Positions 59,641-64,000 of a DNA stretch of 64,000 nucleotides are shown here, piece after piece. Numbering within the stretch: position 1 is the first letter of the stretch; every line of letters begins with the position of its first letter. The notes below the pieces were generated by a model, which ran no database searches, was not told where the DNA came from, and saw nothing but the letters and a program-made list of their open reading frames with translations. The position numbers and the translations under genes were made by a program. Source of the stretch: Antechinus flavipes (lineage: Eukaryota); assembly GCF_016432865.1 (NCBI RefSeq), contig NC_067401.1, positions 223,138,001 to 223,202,000 of the forward strand. Direction: 5' to 3'.

Positions 59641-62600
59641 TGTTTAGTAAACTAACAGAAAAAGTTGCAGAAAAAGAAAGCAATTCCTGAAGAAAAGACA
59701 ATGCCCAGATTTTGAAGCTGTTAAAAAAAAAGTCATTTTAATGACTAATTTATGAAGAATGGCAGTCAATTGAAACAAAAATAAAAGTTGTTTTTTTTTT
59801 AATTTACCCAAAAGAAAAAAAAACTGTTCTATTACAAGATACTTAAGTAAAATGAATGAGGAGAGTGGGAAAGAGTGATAGAGAGAAAGAGACAGAGAAG
59901 AAACAAGACTGCAGTGGAAGATAGATAGATGATAGATAGAAAGATATTTAGGTAGGTAGGTAGGCATTAGTATCATCTTTCCACAAGTGACTGGAAATAG
60001 AATATCCCTAATAAAATAAGGAATGATAAAAAAAGCAATGATAAATTAAACAATACAAGCATACCACTGCATCAAAATCAGATTTTCTTGTGTACTATTC
60101 CCTCAGGAATATAACAATGGAAAAAGGTATTATAAACAGATGATTACTCTAAGTGCAGCTGAAAAGAATGAAGAGCATATTTAGCCTGTCATGAGAAAAC
60201 TGGCACAGCCAGCTATGTTCAATCAAAACATATCTCTTTTTTTGTTGTTGCTATTTTCTACTAAATCAAGAAAAATAGATGTCCATCCACAACCTAATTC
60301 TAATATACAATACTTTTGTGAGCAGCAACCATACTATTACCTTTTTTTGTGCTTAAGACAGTAACTACAATGTAGTAACTGTTTTACACATGCAGACTGA
60401 CTGACTAAATTTCTTAATGATTAATAAATCACCCATGATTTGCATCTCTTTCCTATATTCAGTCACAGTGTTTCCAGAACACAGCAAAACTGTTAAAATG
60501 CTATCTGAAAACAGCAGCAGTGGGAGAACTTCATTCTCAATTGGGAATAACTTTGTGTGGATGTTTCAGTTTTTTTCCTAGTCACTAAAAAAAAAAAATA
60601 TGTTTGGTAAGTGTAATTCTCTTTCTATCTTTCTGTCTGTGTCTCCGTGTGTTTCTGTGTCTGTGTCTCTGTATGTGTCTGTGTCTTTCTATCTTTCTCC
60701 CTCATCTTGTGTGATGGTAATACTCAATTTTCATTTTAACTTAATTCTACTCAATTAAATCCAGCAAATGTTGATTAAGGACCTATTGCCTGTAGAACCA
60801 TGAACTTGTCCAAGAAAAGAGAAACATGGTTCATGCTCCTGTGGAGGTTGTTTTTATGGAGGCAGATTGTTGAAAAAATTAAAACAAGTGTGAAAATTTC
60901 AAAGATAATCACATAAGCATAGTTGTGCCCTGAGAGGTAAATGAATAAGAATTTGACAGGAAATTTTTTTTGAAATCAAACTGTTTGATTAAAAATAACA
61001 ATTTTACACATATACTGACTATAAATTTTCATCCACCTACCCTCACTGCATATCCTCTTGTCCCATTCTCAAGATGCTACTAGTGTAATTTATTATTATT
61101 ATTATTTCTCAAGAAATAGAGTGATATAGTATATGACAAATATAGAACAAGTCTCGGAGTAGAAGGATGTAGGATCAAACCCTACTTCTGACATATATTA
61201 ACTATGTGACTCAGAGCAAAATGTTTAGCCTCTCAGTGTTATATAAATCTGTCCAAGGCTAAAAGTGGAAAAGAAGAAACCAACTTGCAATAATCTAGTG
61301 AATTTTCACCACCATTGGTCCCCCTGTACCAAAGAAATAATAGATTCCATGCATATTCTTATTCATTAGATAAGTTTGATTGAGTTCTTGGATAAATAAG
61401 GCAAAGAGTAGTGTTTATACATATTATTTTAAGGTAGAGACAACTGGGGTGATGTGAGTTAATAGCCATAATCCTATATTACCAATGAGCTAAGATACTT
61501 CAGGATTTACCTGAAGCAATTTCAGTTAACTTTGCTTTAAGGTAGATTTGTCTGGGACCCAATCCTGGAATGTTTGGAGAAAAGACTAGATAAAGAGAGT
61601 TTAGGACTGTCAACAGAGATCCTGAGTCCCCAGGTAACATTCTTATGCATTGATTTTATCTTGCAGCTGGTAGCTTGTATCTATTTTTAATTTTCCTGAT
61701 AATATCTTTTATTATTTCATAGCTTGTTTTACCTAGGATTTTTTTCAGACCAAAAAAAAAAAAAAAAAACCCAAACAAACAATTACCATATTTGAACTCT
61801 CTCAGTGATTAATCACACCAGATGTGCAACCAAAACCAGGAGTTGAATTGTGCTAGATCCCATAGAACATGAAATAATATATTCTGACTATTTCCTTCCA
61901 GCCTCAGGCACTAGTTTGGTGCTCTTGGATTCAGGTATTTGGGAGGATGCAACAAATGCTGGGGGACTCCTTGGATTCCTATCCCATGAAATCTATGTGG
62001 GTTTTTTTTTTCATTTTAAGGAAAACTCCACTTATTCCCATGTACTCTAGTATTTTTTCCCATTTTTAATAGCTTTATATTTTACCAAATGCATACAAAG
62101 GTAGTTTCTATGAAATCTAAATGGATGAAAATGAATGAGAAGGGTATATCAGAGCTGTGAAGATAATGAAGATAGTCTGAAATGTTAGACCAATATGTCA
62201 GAAGTGACCCCATCAGTAGATTTTTGTCTTTGTTTCTTTCTCTGTATCTTTGCATGTTAGCATAATGACTTTAAGCATGTAGGAGGGGATATTGAAGAGG
62301 GACATATTCTAAGTGAGCCTGAGCCAAAAACCAAGCTATTTTGTCTATCTCTCTTGTTCTATGATTATTAATAGCTAATTAATAACTAATGAGGAGATTC
62401 AGAGTTCCCCCCCTTTTTATTTTTAAGACTTCAGTCTCTGAAAGTTGTGTTAACTTCCTTTATCAACCCAACATAAATATGAAGCTGTTTATAAAGTTTT
62501 TGGAGGAAAATGGTTTTTCTCAAAGATGACTAAAAAAAATCACTATTTTAGAGTCAATTACACTGTGTCTAACTGTGGCTGATCAGAGCAATATTAGCTT

Positions 62601-62689
62601 GGAATATTCTACCACAGGTTGAGTATAATGAGTACATGTGAATATTTGGGGTTAATTCTCTAACTTTGTGCATATTGCATTTCTTTCAT

Positions 62690-63090
62690 GTTACTTCATT
62701 TCTGCTTTATTTACAGAGCACAGCATCTTTTCTGATGAGGATATGCTCTGCTGGGCAATACTGTGCCAGTATCTCCCATGTTGCACAATCAATCCCAAGT
62801 TCTTAAGAGAGACCTTGAAGTGTATTTCTATCACTTTTTCTAACCACCATATGAGCACTTGCCCTGTGTAAGTTCTCTGTTAAATAATCTTTTTCACAAG
62901 CATACTTTCAGCATTTGAACAATGCAGTCATTCCAATGGATTTGTGCTCTATGCAGTACAATTGAAATGCTTGCCAGTTTAGTTTGAGAAAGGAACTCAA
63001 TGGCTGATATCCTGCCAGGTGATCTTCAGAATCTTGCTAAGATATTTCAAGTGGAGTGATTCAGTTTCCTGACATGTGTTAATATAGTAG
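62690..63090 (-). mobile_element. RTE-clade LINE 3' ORF fragment
   Basis: Reverse translation resembles ...RKILKITWQD...LFYGEL.QGK.SHGGQKK.YK.TLKVSLKNFGID..TWE.LAQ; hallmark cctgccaggtgatcttcagaatctt. Confidence 0.85.
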
Positions 63091-63639
63091 AAAACAACCC
63101 TGGAAAGGGTTTGGCAGCCCTTATACCAGAAATACTAATTTTCCCTGAATATAACCTACACCCCTTATGACTCCACCCAATCTTACTAGGATTCTTTCAT
63201 CAAAAGTGAATTCCATTCAATCAAACTTGGATGGAGACAGTTTTTCTAAATTGGGTAGAGAAAGACCCTTTTTATCAGACCTCAGCCAAAAGCTAGGATG
63301 ATCTGGGTATTAAGAAAGTCTCTCTGCCCAAGGGTGACATAATGTCACTCTCAGTCCCTCAATGTGATTTTTATTCTTTCATTAATTATTAATCAGTCAG
63401 GATTGATTACCATCACTTACTCATTGAAGGTTATATAAACTGTGCTGCCATGATTGTCTTTGGTCTAAGAGAGACTGTCAAATCACAATTCTTTTATTAA
63501 TAAAAGTGCTGTCTTATTAATAAAATGATGAAATTACCCAGAAATTATAGCTTTGGAAGCACACTCAGTGTGAATTAGATTTTAGAAGAATTCCCCAACC
63601 ATTTCTCCAGAAGTGTTTATAGAAATTATCCACTGATGT

Positions 63640-64000
63640 TCATCAGTTGAGCAATGACTATAATGGAATATTATTATTCTACAAGAAATGATGAGCAGGC
63701 TGATTTCAGAGAGGCCTGGAAAGACTTACATGAATCGATGATGAATGAAGTGAGAAGAACCAGGTGAACATTATACACAGCAGCAAGAAGATTATGTGAT
63801 GATTAACTGTTATGGCTTTTTTCAAAAAAAAAAAAATGCAGTGATTCAAGGCAATTACAATAGGCTTGGGATGAAAAGTGCCACCCACATCTAGAGAGAG
63901 AACTATGGAGATTGAATGTGGCTTAAAGCATGGTATTTTCACTTTTGTTGTTGTGCTGTTATTGTTGTTTGTTTACTTGTTTTTTTTTCCCTTTCATGTG
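63640..64000 (+). mobile_element. L1 3' fragment running off the window
   Basis: agaaatgatgagcaggctgatttcagagaggcctggaaagacttacatgaa...cacatctagagagagaactatggagattgaatgtgg. Confidence 0.9.

Noticed and set aside
62690-63090. RTE LINE fragments as evidence of a novel horizontal transfer
   Set aside because: RTE-clade elements are well known in marsupial genomes, and these copies are degraded.
1-64000. tRNA/rRNA genes, CRISPR arrays, or exons of neighbouring genes such as COL21A1
   Set aside because: A/B-box-like sequences all belong to SINEs, there are no spacer-repeat arrays, and no other exon-like ORF was recognised.

Overview
Vertebrate genomic DNA, AT-rich and CpG-depleted. The repeat content (MAR1/WSINE1-type CORE-SINEs, MIR, marsupial L1 3' ends, L2, L3/CR1, RTE-clade LINEs) points to a marsupial, probably an Australian dasyurid-like species; three sized N-gaps beside simple repeats suggest a short-read assembly. 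The only protein-coding exon I can support is exon 1 of BMP5 on the minus strand (ATG at 32984, 493 coding nt, phase-1 GTATGT donor at 32491). Positions 1-32491 are therefore part of intron 1 (no exon 2 seen) and about 33710-64000 is 5' flank. The most interesting signal is the ~0.7-kb 5' leader. It holds seven upstream ATGs, and every uORF closes before the main ATG. Five appear to keep their starts in the human BMP5 leader as I recall it, and two show mostly third-position differences, suggesting a conserved uORF translational-control array. That comparison is from memory and must be verified by alignment. Other notable items: two old local templated insertions (90 and ~116 bp copied from 1.7 and 1.3 kb away into SINE remnants between short direct repeats); candidate enhancers (a Hox13/Hox9-11/Runx/paired-Sox/kB cluster at ~26.7 kb and a CpG-retaining GGCGCC element at ~48.6 kb); a ~9-kb TE-poor zone around exon 1; a D83N change and an added RXXR in the prodomain; and a solo LTR nested in a microsatellite inside a SINE. 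Repeat boundaries are by eye, many degraded MIR/L2/L3 fragments are not listed, and family names come from recalled consensus sequences, not a RepeatMasker run.
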